NCBI GenBank assembly: GCA_009914755.4
Contig: CP086569.2
Span: forward strand, 22,144,001-22,208,000
Direction: 5' to 3'
DNA length: 64,000 nt
Origin: the human T2T-CHM13v2.0 reference genome, Homo sapiens
Shown here: positions 1 to 18,559 of the stretch, piece by piece
Layout: each line of letters opens with the position of its first letter
Numbering within the stretch: the first letter of the stretch is position 1
The notes under the pieces: generated by a model
What the model was told of the DNA's origin: nothing
What the model saw: only the letters and a program-made list of their open reading frames with translations
Database searches by the model: none
Made by a program: the position numbers and the translations under genes

Positions 1-2880
1 CAAAAGTAAGCAGAAGTGGCCATACTTACATGAGAGAAAATTCTTTGAACTTAAAAGAGTAAAAAATATTAAAATGTCCATATATAATGATAAGAAATTG
101 ATTCAGAAGGTGAATAAAACAACTAAGTACACATCAAACACTATTGCTTCTAGATTTATGAAACAGATATTACTAAATAAAGAGATAACAATGCAATACT
201 ATGGGAAAGTTTAGCACACCACTTAGAGGATTAGATAGACCAGTGAGACAGAAACCCAAAAAGAAAGCCTGAACTTGTTAAATTAAACATTTCACAAAAG
301 AGACCTAACAGATGTATACAGAAATTATATCAAAAAACTTCTGCAAAATGTAAATTCTTATTAGTACATGCCATTTGATTAAGAGAGATTATATGTTAGG
401 CCACAAAACAAGTCTTAATAAATTTTAATAATTCAAGATCATATTAATGTCTGCTTTGACCACAGTGTAATAAGCCAAAAATTAATACCAAGAACTTTGA
501 AAACTGTACAAATACATGAAAAGTAAACAACATGCACTTGAATGATCACTGAATCAACAATGACAATAAAATGATTTTAGCTGAAATAAATTGAAAAGAA
601 AACACAACATACCAGTCTCTGATAAACTCCAAATAGTATTAATAAAGAAGCTTACACTACTCAGTGCCTACATTAAGAAACAAAAACAATAAAAAATTAA
701 CAGCCTATTATTGCACCTCAAAAAACTAAAAATAAATAAATAAATAAAAACAAAAAAAACAAACTCAGTGTTAGCAGAATAAAAGACATAGCAAAGATCA
801 GAGAAAAACTAATAATAGAAAGCAAAAACACAATACCAAAAATTAACAAAATGAAAAGTTGTTTATTTGAAAAGACAAATACAACTAATAAACCATCAAC
901 TAGAATAACAGAAAAAACAGAAGATAAAAGATGCAAGTAAACAAGTTGAAAATGAAAAAGAAAACATTACAACAAGTGTCACAGAAATAGAAAAGTGTAT
1001 TAAGAGACTGCTATGGACATCTGTGAATTCAGAAACTAAAAAACCTAGAGAAAATGGTTAAGTTTCTGGAAACATGAAGCCTTCTAAAATTGTAACTAGA
1101 AAAAGGAGAAAACCAAAACATATCAAGAATGAGTAGCAAGGTTGAATAACTATTTTTTTTAAAACCCAAAGGGAAGTACAAAAACATACAAATTTACAGA
1201 CAAATTTCAGTAGCCATACAAAGAACTAATGCCAATTTTTCAGAATCTATTTCAAAATTTGAAGAGAAGATACTTATTCTCAGCTCATTCTATGAAGTGA
1301 ATATTATCATCATACTAATACCAGAAAAAGACACACTCATACACACAAGACATGCACAAATCCAAAACAACAAAACATATTCATTATGAGTGTGGCCACA
1401 AAGGTTCTTAACAAAATATCAGCAAACTGAACCCATTGGCACAATAAAAAGAATTATACATTATGAGCATGTGGTTGATATACCAGGGATGAAGGGACAG
1501 TGCATTACATTTAAATCAACAGAAGTAATAGAAATAATAGTTTTCTTTAAAAATTTGCCTATCTTTATAGATAAAAACATTTGATCAAAGGATTTCCTTA
1601 TGAAAAAAAAAACCCTTATCAGACTAGGCTTATACAGAACATACCTCAAAATACCATCTATAATAAACAATCTATAATAAACCAATAGCCAGCATCATAT
1701 TGACTGAGGAAGAATTGAAACTTTATCTGTAATTACTGGTAACAGACAAGAATGCTGATTTTTACCTCTCCTAAAAAACACATTATTGGAAGCCCTAAGC
1801 CATCAGGCAATAGCTACAAATAAAAAGCATTCAAATTGTAAATTACGAAGTGAAATAATTTCTCTTCACTGATAATATGATCGTATATCTGGAATATCTA
1901 ATAAATGAATTCAGTCAATCTTCAGAAGGCAACATTCAAAAATCAGTTTATAAAAATCAGTTGTGTTTCTACATACCAACAACAATCTAGTTGAGAATAA
2001 AATTAAGAATGGATTCTATTTGCAATAGAAACAAAAAATACTTAACTAAAGCAATGAAAGATGACTACAATGAAAACTACAAAACACTAATGAAATAAAT
2101 ATTAAATCACACAAAAATGAAAACACATGCCATTCTCATTGATAATAAGAATTAATATTATTAAATGAGCATAGTGCTCAGAGCAATCTACAGGTTAAAT
2201 TCAACTGTTAAAAAAATATTGATTTTATTTATCACCAAAAGATAAAAATTAATTCAAACATATATGGAAGAAACCAAAAAGAGCATGAATAACAAAATGA
2301 TTCCAAGCAAAAAGAACAAAGTTGAAGACATTACCTGATTTTAAATTTTATTAGCAAGTATAATAAAAATAGTATGGTTTTTATATAGAATTAGACACAT
2401 AATTTAACAGAACAGAATACAGAAGCCAGAAATACAGCCACATATTTCCAGCTATTGATATATATAGTCCACTAATCTTCAATCAATTGGACAAAAACAC
2501 ACACTGAGAAAAATGATATTCTTCTAAATAAATGGTACAGAAATAATTTGATTGCATTATTCAGTGGAAGGACACATGAGATCCCTTTCTTTCGCCATAA
2601 AGGAAAATCAAATCCAGATCAACTAAAGACTAAAATGTGGACACGAACTTACAAATGTACTTGAAAAAAAAGAAAAAACACTCTGAGCATTGTTGTAGGC
2701 AAATATTACAAGATTAAAATCTAAAAAGCATAGGAAACAAAAATAAGTAAGAGCAACTTAAACCAAAAATACTCTGCACATCAAAAGAAATCATCTAGAA
2801 ACTGAACCCACAATTTACAGATTGGGTAACATTTTTCAGTAAATTTTGACAGGGGACTAATTTATGAGAAACTCATATAC
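1..2880 (+). mobile_element. Old L1 (L1M/L1PB-like) ORF2 fragment, endonuclease through reverse-transcriptase region, heavily decayed
   Basis: Frame-broken translation shows L1 ORF2 EN motifs (..LNxTIDQxDLxDIYRTFHP..AEYTFFSSAHGTFSRIDHMLGHK..) and RT-region similarity further downstream. AT-rich with many stops. Confidence 0.75.
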
Positions 2881-3037
2881 AATGCCTATATCCCCATTGT
2901 ATCTTGGAGTTAACTAAGTGTTTTGTATTTTTTTTTTTTTATTTTACAAGTTTATAGGTGGAAGAGACTTGCCTTATCTCAGACGAGACTTTGGACTTGA
3001 ACTTTTGAACTACTGTTGTGATGAGTTAAGAATTCAT
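2876..3037 (+). repeat. Inverted duplicate of MaLR internal segment (arm 1); partner at 3501-3655
   Basis: Reverse complement of 3501-3655 at about 96% identity. Bounded by 17-bp direct repeat aatttatgagaaactca at 2859-2875 and 3039-3055. Confidence 0.7.
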
Positions 3038-3083
3038 AAATTTATGAGAAACTCAAGTTCAACAAAAGAATCTTATTAAAAAG

Positions 3084-5784
<2,701 letters not shown>

Positions 5785-5859
5785 AGTGGGCAAATAACAT
5801 AAGCATCCTTTTTCAAAAGAAGACATACAGATTACAAAGAGTAATTTGCAATTTTTAAA

Positions 5860-6825
5860 GTTAATAATTATCAGAGAAAAACAAAGACATAATGTGATAT
5901 AATCTTACAGTTACCAAATTGCTGTTGTTCAAGGGGCAAAAAAAAATAACTGATGTTCAGAATATGCCAAGAGAACTAGTTTTCTTATATACCATCGGTG
6001 GAAATGGAAATTTGTACAACCTTTATGAGAAACAGTTTGGTGATTTCTCTAAGAACGAAAAATAGAGCTATCATTCCACCTAGCAATTTCACTACTGTGT
6101 AATCAATAAGGAAAATAATAAGTGTTGGTGTAGATGTTGAGAAGGTAATACCTTTGTAAACTCTTGGTGGGAATATAAATTAGCATAGAAATTTTGGAAG
6201 AGTTTTAAGGTTCTTCAGGAAGCTAAAAATATAATTACCATATTATTCAGCAGTTTCACTCTTTAGTATATATCTAAATAAATTAAAAGACTTGTGTTAA
6301 GAGATATTTGCAGTCCCATTTTTATTTCATCATTATTTATAATGGACAACACATGCAAAACCACCCAACTGTCTATCAATAGCTGAATTAATAAAGAAGA
6401 AGTGGTACATAAAAAATGGAATTTTGTAAAGTCATGAAAATACGTTACGGGTGACTATACAAATGTAACTAGAGTACTTGCTGTTAAGTGAAATAAGCCA
6501 GGCACAGAAAACCAAATAGTTCATTATCTCACTTACATATGAAAAATTCAAAAGTTAATCTATAAGAACAGTGAGGAATAAGATAGTTACTGGAGTCTTA
6601 CGAAAGGGAGAGAAATGGATAAAGAAAAAATGTTGATCAGAAAATATAAAGTTGCAATTAGATTGGATGAATACATTTACCAATGTATGACATTGCCTGA
6701 TGACTACCATTAGCAGTAATAGATTGAGGACTTCAAAACTGCTTACCTTGGTTTTTAACATTTTCACCACAAAAATTAAGGAGGTGATCAATATACATTA
6801 ATTATCTCTTTTGAATGTGTTTCTT
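5860..6825 (+). mobile_element. Old L1 (L1M) ORF2 C-terminus / 3'UTR fragment
   Basis: Translation resembles the L1 ORF2 C-terminal region with many stops. Ends in a (GATA)n tail, typical of L1 3' ends. Confidence 0.6.
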
Positions 6826-6870
6826 AGATAGATAGATAGATAGATACATAGATACATAGGTAGACAGATA
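6822..6870. repeat. (GATA)n microsatellite
   Basis: gatagatagatagatagatagatacatagatacataggtagacagata. Confidence 0.95.
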
Positions 6871-7315
6871 TTGAAGCATCACATTTTACTCCATAAATGT
6901 TCACAAGAATTATTTGTCATTTAAAATATTTGGGAAGAATTAAACTGGTTTTAACTTCTGAAACATTGTATCCCTTGAATATTACATTATGCATACTTGA
7001 GAATAATGTGTCTTGTGATTTTCGAAGTTGTTTTATATATAATTTTTACACATTACTTCTACTCATTTTACAGCATTAAGTTATCCAATTTCTTATTGAT
7101 TTTGTGTCTGTTTTTTTCTTATTCATGTCAAAAATTAGTTATGAAGTTTCTATCTCTCATTGCAAAACTTCCTTATATCTCCTTTCAATTTTATGATTTA
7201 CTTTATATACGTTTAATAGCTCTCTTTTGGTGCTCATGTTTCTACTTACAATATCTTATTTCTGTATCAAAAATTTATATGTATATATACATATATATAC
7301 ATTGCACAGAAATGC

Positions 7316-7327
<12 letters not shown>

Positions 7328-7356
<29 letters not shown>
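7328..7356. repeat. (TG)n microsatellite preceded by (TA)n
   Basis: gtgtgtgtgtgtgtgtgtgtgtgtgtgtg, with atatatat-rich sequence upstream. Confidence 0.95.
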
Positions 7357-7461
7357 CATAAAATGTTTTATGTCTTTGACTTAAAGTTTATTTTACCTGA
7401 AAATACCAGCCTCCATAAGCTAAGTCTATTTCTTTACACTTTCCATGGGAGGATTGTTTTT

Positions 7462-7740
7462 CTTTTTTGGGGGGGAGTCTAACTTTTGTCACCCAGGTTG
7501 GAGTTGGTGATTATCTCAGCTCACTGCAACCACCCTCTCCCAGGTTCAAGCAATTCTCCTGCCTCAGCAGCCCAAGTAGCTGGAATCACAGGCACCCACC
7601 ACCATGCTTGGCTAATTTTTGTATTTTTAGTAGTGACAGGGTTTCATCATGTTGTCCAGGCTGGTTTCGAACTCCTGACCTCAGGTGATCCACCCACCTC
7701 TGCTTCTTAAAGTGCTGGGATTATAGGTGTGTGCCACTGG
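7462..7740 (-). mobile_element. Alu (older, AluJ/S-like)
   Basis: Reverse-complement Alu consensus with diverged CpG sites (..gtcacccaggttggagt..cctcagcagcccaagtagctggaatcacagg..). Confidence 0.85.
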
Positions 7741-8159
7741 ACTGCTTTTTATTCTTACATGTTATACCTCTTTTTTGTAATTATTTTAAAGGTGATTATC
7801 TTGTGGATAGCATTAAGTATTATTTTTTAATTTTTCCACTGTGTCAATCTTGTTTTTTTCAAGGTATAAAGAGTTTATTATAATAATTATGATCTTATTC
7901 AACTCTTAAAAAGGGTTTATTATAGTAATTATAAGGTCAGGGAGTTCAAAACTCAAGAACTCAGCCTGAAACACCATAGCAGGTAGTTGTCAAAAATTCT
8001 CATGACAGCCACTGTGAATCTCATGTATGCTTATATTTGTTAGTTTCCAACTGCCTCCAGAGAAGTGGTTTCTCCTCTTGGGCCCTATAAATCTCTCTCT
8101 TTTGAAAATTATTTGCCTATTTATATATTGTATACATTTTATGTTTATTTTTACATTTT

Positions 8160-8560
<401 letters not shown>

Positions 8561-9104
8561 CCAAGTTTAATTCTTATACACATAATACAATTACTAAAAA
8601 GCAAGTTGTCTTCACTTTACCTATTTATCTTGTTTCTTATATACTTTATGTTTCTCAATTCTATCTTTTATTAAAATTGATTATTTAGCTGTACTGATTT
8701 GAATTCATTCTTATATTACTCTCTGCATATATTTGTTATTTCTTGGATTTATGCATATATTTCAATGTGCAACTTAAATTTACAATATTCTACTTTGAAT
8801 AACAATTTGGTTTCATACTATGCAAATGTTCTGCTTCTATCTTTATTTTTTCGCCTTTACATGAGTATATTCATAGACTGCAACATCATAAATGGTATGC
8901 TATTTAGCAACAATTTGTATTATGTTGTGCAATTATTAAGTCATCTAGAAAAATGTGACAAATTATATAAATATATGATAACATTGCATTTCATATTTAC
9001 TAAACATTTATATTTACTAGTGTTATTCGTTTTTCTCTTGGCCTTAAGGGTCATCTACTATTCTTTTATTTCAACAAGAAAGATTTTTTTTTACATTCCT
9101 TCTT

Positions 9105-9417
9105 TCTTTTTTTTTGAGGCGGAGTATCGCTCTGTTGCCCAGGCTGGAGGGCAGTGGCACAGTCTCGGCTCACTGCAAGCTCCGCCTCCTGGGTTCTGCC
9201 ATTCGTCTGCCTCAGCCTCCTGAGTAGCTGGGATTACAGGCGCCTGCCACCATGCCCAGCTAATTTTGTTTTTTTTGTTTTTTTTTTTTTTTGTATTTTT
9301 AGTAGAGACGGGGTTTCACCGCTTTAGCCAGGTTGTCTCAATCTCCTGACCTGGTGATTCGCCCACCTCGGTCTCCCAGTGTGCTGGGATTACAGGCCTG
9401 AGCCACCGCGCCTGGCC
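9105..9417 (-). mobile_element. Alu (AluS-like)
   Basis: tttttgaggcggagtatcgctctgttgcccaggctggagggcagtgg ... gagccaccgcgcctggcc. Confidence 0.9.
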
Positions 9418-9644
9418 AGCATTTCTTAAAGAGCAGTTCAACTAGTTTTTAGTGTTTGTTTAACTAGAGGTAGAATACTTTGTTCTTCATTCATGAACAA
9501 TAGTTTTTTTAAATATGGAATCTTTGTATGAGAGCTTTGTTTTCCTTTTCTGAACTTTATGCCATCCTATTATAATATGCCATCATATTGCATTTTATTT
9601 ATAAAAAATTATTTTGTATGGCTTTAATATCTGTTGAATTTTTT

Positions 9645-10290
9645 AATTTTTAATTTTTATTTATATATATTTATTTATTTTATTTTACTTTAGGTTCCAG
9701 GATACATGTGCAGAACGTGCAGGTTTGTTACATAGGTATACATGTGTCCTGGTGGTTTTCGCTCCACCCATCAACCCATCATCTACATTAAGTATTTCTT
9801 TTAATGCTATCTATGCCCTAGCCTCCCACCCCTCAACATGCCCTGGTGTGTGATGTTCCCCTCCCTGTGCCCATTTGTTCTCATTGTTCAACTTCCATTT
9901 GTGAGTGAGAACATGCAGTGTTTGGTTTTCTGTCCTTGTGTTAGTTTGCTGAGAATGATGGTTTCCAGCTTCATCCATGTCTCTGCAAAGGACACGAACT
10001 CATTCTTTTTTATGGTTGCATAGTATTCCAGGGGGTGTATGTGCCATATTTTTTTTTATCCAGTCTAACATTGATGGCCATTTGGGTTGGTTCCAAGTCT
10101 TTGCTATTGTGAATAGTGCTGCAATAAATATTATGTGTGCATGTGTCTGTATAGTAAAATGACTTATAATCCTTAGGGTATATAACACATAATGGGATTG
10201 CTGGGTCAAATGGTATTTCTAGTTCTAGATCCTTGAGGAATTGACATGCTGTCTTCCACAATTGTTGAACTAATTTGCACTAATTTGATA
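9645..10290 (-). mobile_element. L1 (L1PA-like) 3' terminal fragment, minus orientation
   Basis: The minus-strand ORF 10010-10261 translates to the L1 ORF2 C-terminus (..FLKDLELEIPFDPAIPL.GIYPKDYKS..). Upstream T-rich tail and reverse-complement L1 3'UTR sequence (ggttccaggatacatgtgcagaacgtgcaggtttgttacata..). Confidence 0.85.
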
Positions 10291-10589
10291 GTTACATTAA
10301 TTTTTATATTTTTGTTCTTTGACATTTGTACTAGAATTAAAATATTCTATTATACTATTACATTATTATAATATTTTGATATACCTTTGTATTTTCTTTT
10401 GCTAGCAAGAATTATACTTTTAAATGCTTTATGTTTCTATTTAGTGTCCTTTTGTTTTGACATAAAGGATTATTTAAACTATTTCTCATAAGACAAGTCA
10501 AGTGGTGATGGATTTCTTCAGTTTTACATATTTCTTTGCTCAAAAGTATTTCTTCACTTAACAATTTGCAAGAGTTAAGGTAAAGAAGT

Positions 10590-12345
10590 CAATGCAACAA
10601 GAAGAGCTAACTATTCTAAATATGTATGCACCCAATACAGGAGCACCCAGATTCATAAAGCAAGTTCTTAGAGACCTACTAAGAGACTTAGACTCACACA
10701 CAATACTAGTGGGAGACTTTAACACATCCCTTTCAATATTACACAGATCAAAGAGACAGAAAATTAATAAGGATATTCAGAAGTTGAACTCAGCTCTGGA
10801 CCAAGCAGACCTAAAGGCATCTACAGAACTCTCTACCCCAAATCAACAGAATATACATTCTTCTCAGCACCACATTGCACTTACTCTAAAACTGATCACA
10901 TAATTGAAAGTAAAACACTCCTCAGCAATGCAAAAGAATGGAAATCATAATAATCAGTCTCTCAGACCACAGTGCAATCAAATTAGAACTCAGGATTAAG
11001 AAACTCATTCAAAACCATACAACTACATGGAAACTAAAAAAGCCTTCTCCTGAGTGACTACTGGGTATACTGGGTAATAACAAAATGAAGGCAGAAATAA
11101 ATAAGTTATTTGAAACCAATGAGAACAAAGACACAACGTACCAGAATCTCTGGGACACAACAAAAGCAATGTTTAGAGATAAATTTATAGCACTAAGTGC
11201 AAACAAGAGAAAGCATGAAAGATCTAAAATTGACATCCTAACATCACAATTAAAAGAACTAGAGAAACAAGAGCAAGCAAATTCAACAGCTAGCAGAAGA
11301 CCAGAAATAACTAAGATCAGAGCAGAACTGAAGGAGACAGAGACACAAAACAATCCTTCAAAAAATTAGTGAAGCCAGGAGCTGGTTTTTTGAAAAGATC
11401 AACAAAATACATAGACTGCTAGACAGACTAATAAAGAAGAAAAGAGAGAAGAATCAAATAGACACAATAAAAACAATAAAGGAGATCACCTGGTCCCACA
11501 GAAGTGCATACTACCATCAAAGAATACTATCAACACCTCTACACAAAAAAACCTGAAAATCCACAATAATTCCTGGACACACACACCCTCCCAAGTCTAA
11601 ACCAGGAAGAAGTCAAATCCTTCAATAGACCAATAACAAGTTCTGAAATTGAGGCAGTACTTAATAGACTACCAACCAAAAAAAGTACAGGACCAGACAG
11701 ATTCACAGCTGAATTCTACCAGGGGTACAAAAAGGAGCTGGTACCATTCCTTCTGAAACTATTCCAAACAATGGAAAAAGAGGGATTTCTCCCTAACTCA
11801 TTTTATGAGGCCAGCATCATCCTGATACCAAAACCTGGCAGAGGCACAACCAAAAAAGAGAATTTCAGGCCAATATACCTGATAAGCATCAATGCAAAAA
11901 TCCCCAATAAAACACGGATAAATCTAATCCAGCAGCACATCAAAAGGCTTATCCACCATAATCCTGTTGGCTTCATGCCTGGGATGCAAAGCTGGTTCAA
12001 ATATGGACTTAATCCATCACGTAAACAGAAACAATGACAAAAACCACATGATTTTCTCAATAGACACAGAAACGACCTTTGATAAAATTCAACACCGCTT
12101 CATGCTAAAAACTCTCAGTGAACTAGGTCTTGATGGAACATATGTCAAAATAATGAGTATTTATGACTAACCCACAGCCAATATCATATGGAATGGGCAA
12201 AAACTGGAAGCAATCTCTTTGAAAACTGGCACAAGACAAGGATGCCCTCTCTCACCAGTCCTATTCAACATAGTGTTGGAAGTTCTGGACAGGGCAATCA
12301 GGCAAGAGAAAGAAATATAGGGTATTCAAATTGGAATACAGGAAG
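10590..12345 (+). mobile_element. L1 ORF2 fragment (about aa 120-700), plus orientation, multiple stops
   Basis: ORFs 10592-10903, 11085-11369 and 11771-12037 translate to L1 ORF2 (QQEELTILNMYAPNTGAPRFIKQVL..; [25 protein letters not shown]..; [21 protein letters not shown]..). Confidence 0.9.
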
Positions 12346-12662
12346 AACCAAAGTTACTGGTAAATAATTATAGCATGAGTAGAATACTGAGGAAAGAGTG
12401 CAAACACCTGTCATAGAACCCATGGGAAGGAACTAGAGCACAGAAAAGAGTGAAAGAAAATGTTTAGCAGAGATTGACTCCAAAGGAACTTGAAATACCA
12501 TGAAAAGAGTACGTGGGGATGCATTGTTTTGCTTCCCTGGTTGCTATAGGAGTCTTTTGACTGCTGAACTGTCAGATAGCCCCTGTGCTCTCATAAGCCT
12601 GTGATTATGAAATGTAGGTAGCAATTTGGGAGCTTATTTTATTTTATATTTTATTTTATGTT

Positions 12663-12893
<231 letters not shown>

Positions 12894-12899
12894 CAATTG

Positions 12900-15480
12900 G
12901 CAGGGGACTTACTGAAGGCAGAGTACCAGGTAAACAACTTGCACAGGTTCTCTTTTCATCCTCCCAGATCTGAGTTGAGAAAGCATGTATCATACTGGTT
13001 GTGCACCCAATTTGGGACTCTATTTTACCCAGGGAGTTCCAGCTATTGTGTCTCCACATATCTAGGCCCCCAACAAACCTTCCCCAAATGCACTTAGGAT
13101 GCAACAGTCACAAAAATATGGCAGGACCCTGGAAAGATGCAGAATTCCTGGAGGCCTAGCCCTCAGGGCCAGCCACCTCTAGGGAAAGGAAGAGTAAAGC
13201 ATGCCAAAGCATTCCTCAGTTCAGTGGAAACAAGATTGCATGCTCTTCTCTGCCTTAGAGCACTCTGCTTGTGAGAAAAAGGTGATTGTAACCATCCAAA
13301 GAAATACAGATACTGTGCTCAGATCTGCATTGGATTAGTGTGGTTCCGTTCCATTGAACAGGGAGCAATAGCACCTAGCAATGGACATGGAGAGAAGGGC
13401 ATATCCTACTTCACTCCCATTACTGTGGATGCAGCATGACTGCAGCATGACTGTTTCTCCTTGGGGGTTGCAGAAAAGGTAGAACCCATCCCCCCACAAG
13501 GAGTAAGAGCATTCCTGCAGCAGAGAATAGATGAGCCAAAGAGCTATTGTTGGCAGAGGAAAAAGGATTTACCTTGAAGCCACTTTGGTGGTAGTAAGAC
13601 AAGCATGTATCATGGGTGGCTTGGAGATAATAAACAGTCTTTATCTGGGCTGAAAATAATGACCCCTCAGATAGAGTGTGAAAGGAACATGGATTTTGTT
13701 TCTGCCTGGCCAGTGTATGGAGCACATCTCTTCTACTCTCCCCTTGCAAAGGCCTTGGCCCATTTTGCTACAATCTGTCTCTTCTACTCCAATCAGGGCA
13801 AATACTTTCACTCATCAGTGGGGTACCTGATGGTAAATCACCTCTTACCCATAAGTGCCACCTGGAAACTGTAGTTTAAACTGCGCAACCAAATAATAAA
13901 GCACATAGACAAACATAAGGGCATAGTGCTGCAGGATGGGATAAACTTTTTGACACTTCCACAGTCCCAGTTTCACAGAAGATACTAAGGTTGATCAAGT
14001 CCCCAGTGTGTTACTCCTACAATCACCATTTCAGAACATCAGTGCACAGAAATGCTATGTAACTAATGAAAACCTACAGAGACTTGGCTCATTGAAAAGA
14101 CCCAGAATCAAGGTCAAGTGACAAATACAACATACATTACAGTCACTCCCTAAAGAGGGGAAGTTCAATTTGAGTGAAAGTAAATTCAAAAATACAAAGT
14201 GACACTTTGTCCAATTGAGAAGGCATCACTGTATAGACCCTGCAAGTATGATCAAAAATGCTGTTTTGATAACTCCCAAAATCAAACTTGCTCTCTGGCA
14301 ATAAATTTTAACCAAAATAGAAATTCTAAAATGACAGATAAAGAATTCAAGATACAAATTTTAAGTCCAATGAGATCCAAGAGAAAGTTTAATACAAACA
14401 CAAAGAATGTGAAACAATTCAGAATATGAATACATTTACCAAATGGATAGATACTGAAGAAAAGATAATTTATTGAAATAAAAAACCTCATTGAAGAAAT
14501 TACTAGTGTTAAAATCCTTAATAATGAATTAGACAAAGCAGAATTTTGAAAATTTAAAGCCCGAATATAGGACTTTCAAATTAACATAGTCAGATATAAA
14601 GAAGCAACTAAAGAAAACATAGGAACAATTATTTTGAGAAATATAAAATTATGTAAATCAACCAAACCTATAGGTTTTCAGACCCATAGGTTTCCTGGGG
14701 TAGAAGAAAATTGTAACAAGCTTTAAAAATCTATATGAAAAATTAAGTAAAACTACACTGATCTTCTCAGAGAATTAGACATCCAGTTTCAAGAAGCCCA
14801 AAGAGAACCTGGAAGACACTTCACAAAATAAACCTATGAAGGCATATCTCATGAGAGAGTGCAAAACGAGCACAAGAGAAAAAAATCCTAAAAGCAAGAG
14901 AGAATAACCTATCTAATTATAAAGAAAATCATGTCAGATTAACAGCAAATTTCTCAGAAAGAGCTAAAGAAGCCAGAACTGATTGTGGTCCTCTTTTTTC
15001 CATTTTCTCAATTAAAAAAAAAAACAAAACTGTAGCTAAGTATTTTGTTTGCTGCCAAACCTAGTTTTATAAAGGAAAGAAAAATGTGTAATATTCCTCG
15101 GAAAAGCAAGCACTAAGCAAAATTTATCACCGCTATACTGGTTCAAAAAGGAAAAGCTCAAAATTTTACAAATGGAAACAAAAGGATGATATCATCACAG
15201 AAATACACAAAGGTATATAACTCAAAATATTACAAAACAATTACACCAATGAGACTACAAAGTGAACAGGTAACAAATAACAGTATGACAGCAACAAATT
15301 CCCACATGTTAATATTTATCTTGAAAGTAAACAAGGTCCAACTATAGGCTACTTACAAGAAACTAACAAAAATGTAAAGTTATTCACAGACTAAAATTTA
15401 AGACATAGAAAAAGAATATTATGCAAACAGAAAACAAAAGTAGGAGTAGCTGTCCTTATATTAGATAAAACATACTTTAT
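12900..15480 (+). mobile_element. Old L1 5' portion: 5'UTR-like region, ORF1 (from about 14330) and start of ORF2
   Basis: ORF 14199-14429 (..MTDKEFKIQILSPMRSKRKFNT..) and downstream frames resemble L1 ORF1 (..DIQFQEAQREPGRH..). 13.9-15.5 kb is confident; the 5'UTR assignment of 12.9-13.9 kb is weaker. Confidence 0.6.
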
Positions 15481-16689
15481 TATTAAAGGTTCTAGGTTAT
15501 ATTTGTTTTGTTTTATTTTGGTATTTGTGGGCCCCTGGTAGGTGTATATTATTGTAGAGTACATAAGATTCTTTAAAAAAGATGCATGCAAAATAACAAT
15601 CACATCATGGAGATTGGGGTGTCCATCCACTCAAGCATTTATCCCTTTAATTACAAACAATGCAGTTACACTCTTTGTGTTATTTTAAAATGCACAATTA
15701 AATTATAATTGACTAGAGTCACCATGTTGTGTTATTGAATAGTAGGTCTTATTCATTCTTTCTAACAATTTTTGGTACCCATTAATAATGCCCACCTCCC
15801 TCCAACCCCACACAAAATTTCCAGCCCTCTAGGAAGCATTCTCCTACCTCTATGTCCATGAATTCAATTGTTTTGATTTTTAGATCCCAGAAGTGAGTGA
15901 TAACATACACTGTTTGTCTTTCAGTGCCTAGCTTATTTCACCTGACATATTAAGCTCCAGTTTCACCTATATTCTTGCAAATCACAAGAGTATCTCATTG
16001 TTTTTGATAGCTAGATACAACTCAAATGTGTACATGTACCACATTTTCCTTATTTATTCATCTGTGACTGGGCACTTACATTGCCTCCAAATCTTAGTTA
16101 TTATGAACAGTACTGCAACAAACATGAAAGTGCAGATATTTCTTTTATATACTGATTTTCTTTCTTTTGGGTGTATACTAAGCAATGGAATTGCTGGATC
16201 ATATGGTATCGCTGTTTTTAGTTTTGTGAAGAAGTTCCAAACTGTTTTAAATAGTGGTTATATTAATTTACATTCTCAGCAACAGTGTACAAGGATTCTC
16301 TTTTCCATATATTCTCACCATCATTTGTTATTGCCTGTTTTTTGGATATGACGTTTTAACTGGGGTAATATGATAACTCATGGCAGTTTTAATATGCATT
16401 TCTCTGATGATCAATGATGCTGAGCACATTTTCATATCTAGCCATTTGTATAGCTTTTTCTGAGAAATGCCTATTTAAATCTTTTGCCCATTCTGATCAA
16501 ATTATTAGATGTATTTCCTGTAGAGTTGTTTGAGATTTGTATATATTCCAGTTATAAATTTCTTGTCAGATAGGCAGTTTCCAATTATTTTCACCCATTA
16601 TGTAGATTATCTCTTCAGTTTGTTGATTGTTTCCTTTGCCAAAATGCTGTTTAACTTGGTGTGATCCAATTTGTTCATTTATGCTTTGG

Positions 16690-16690
<1 letters not shown>
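15480..16690 (-). mobile_element. L1 3' portion (ORF2 C-terminus + 3'UTR), minus orientation
   Basis: Reverse-complement L1 3' region (..gtacccattaataatgcccacctccctccaacccc..gcaatggaattgctggatcatatggtat..). Poly-T side at about 15480. Confidence 0.8.
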
Positions 16691-18545
<1,855 letters not shown>

Positions 18546-18559
18546 ACCAGAGAAGTGGG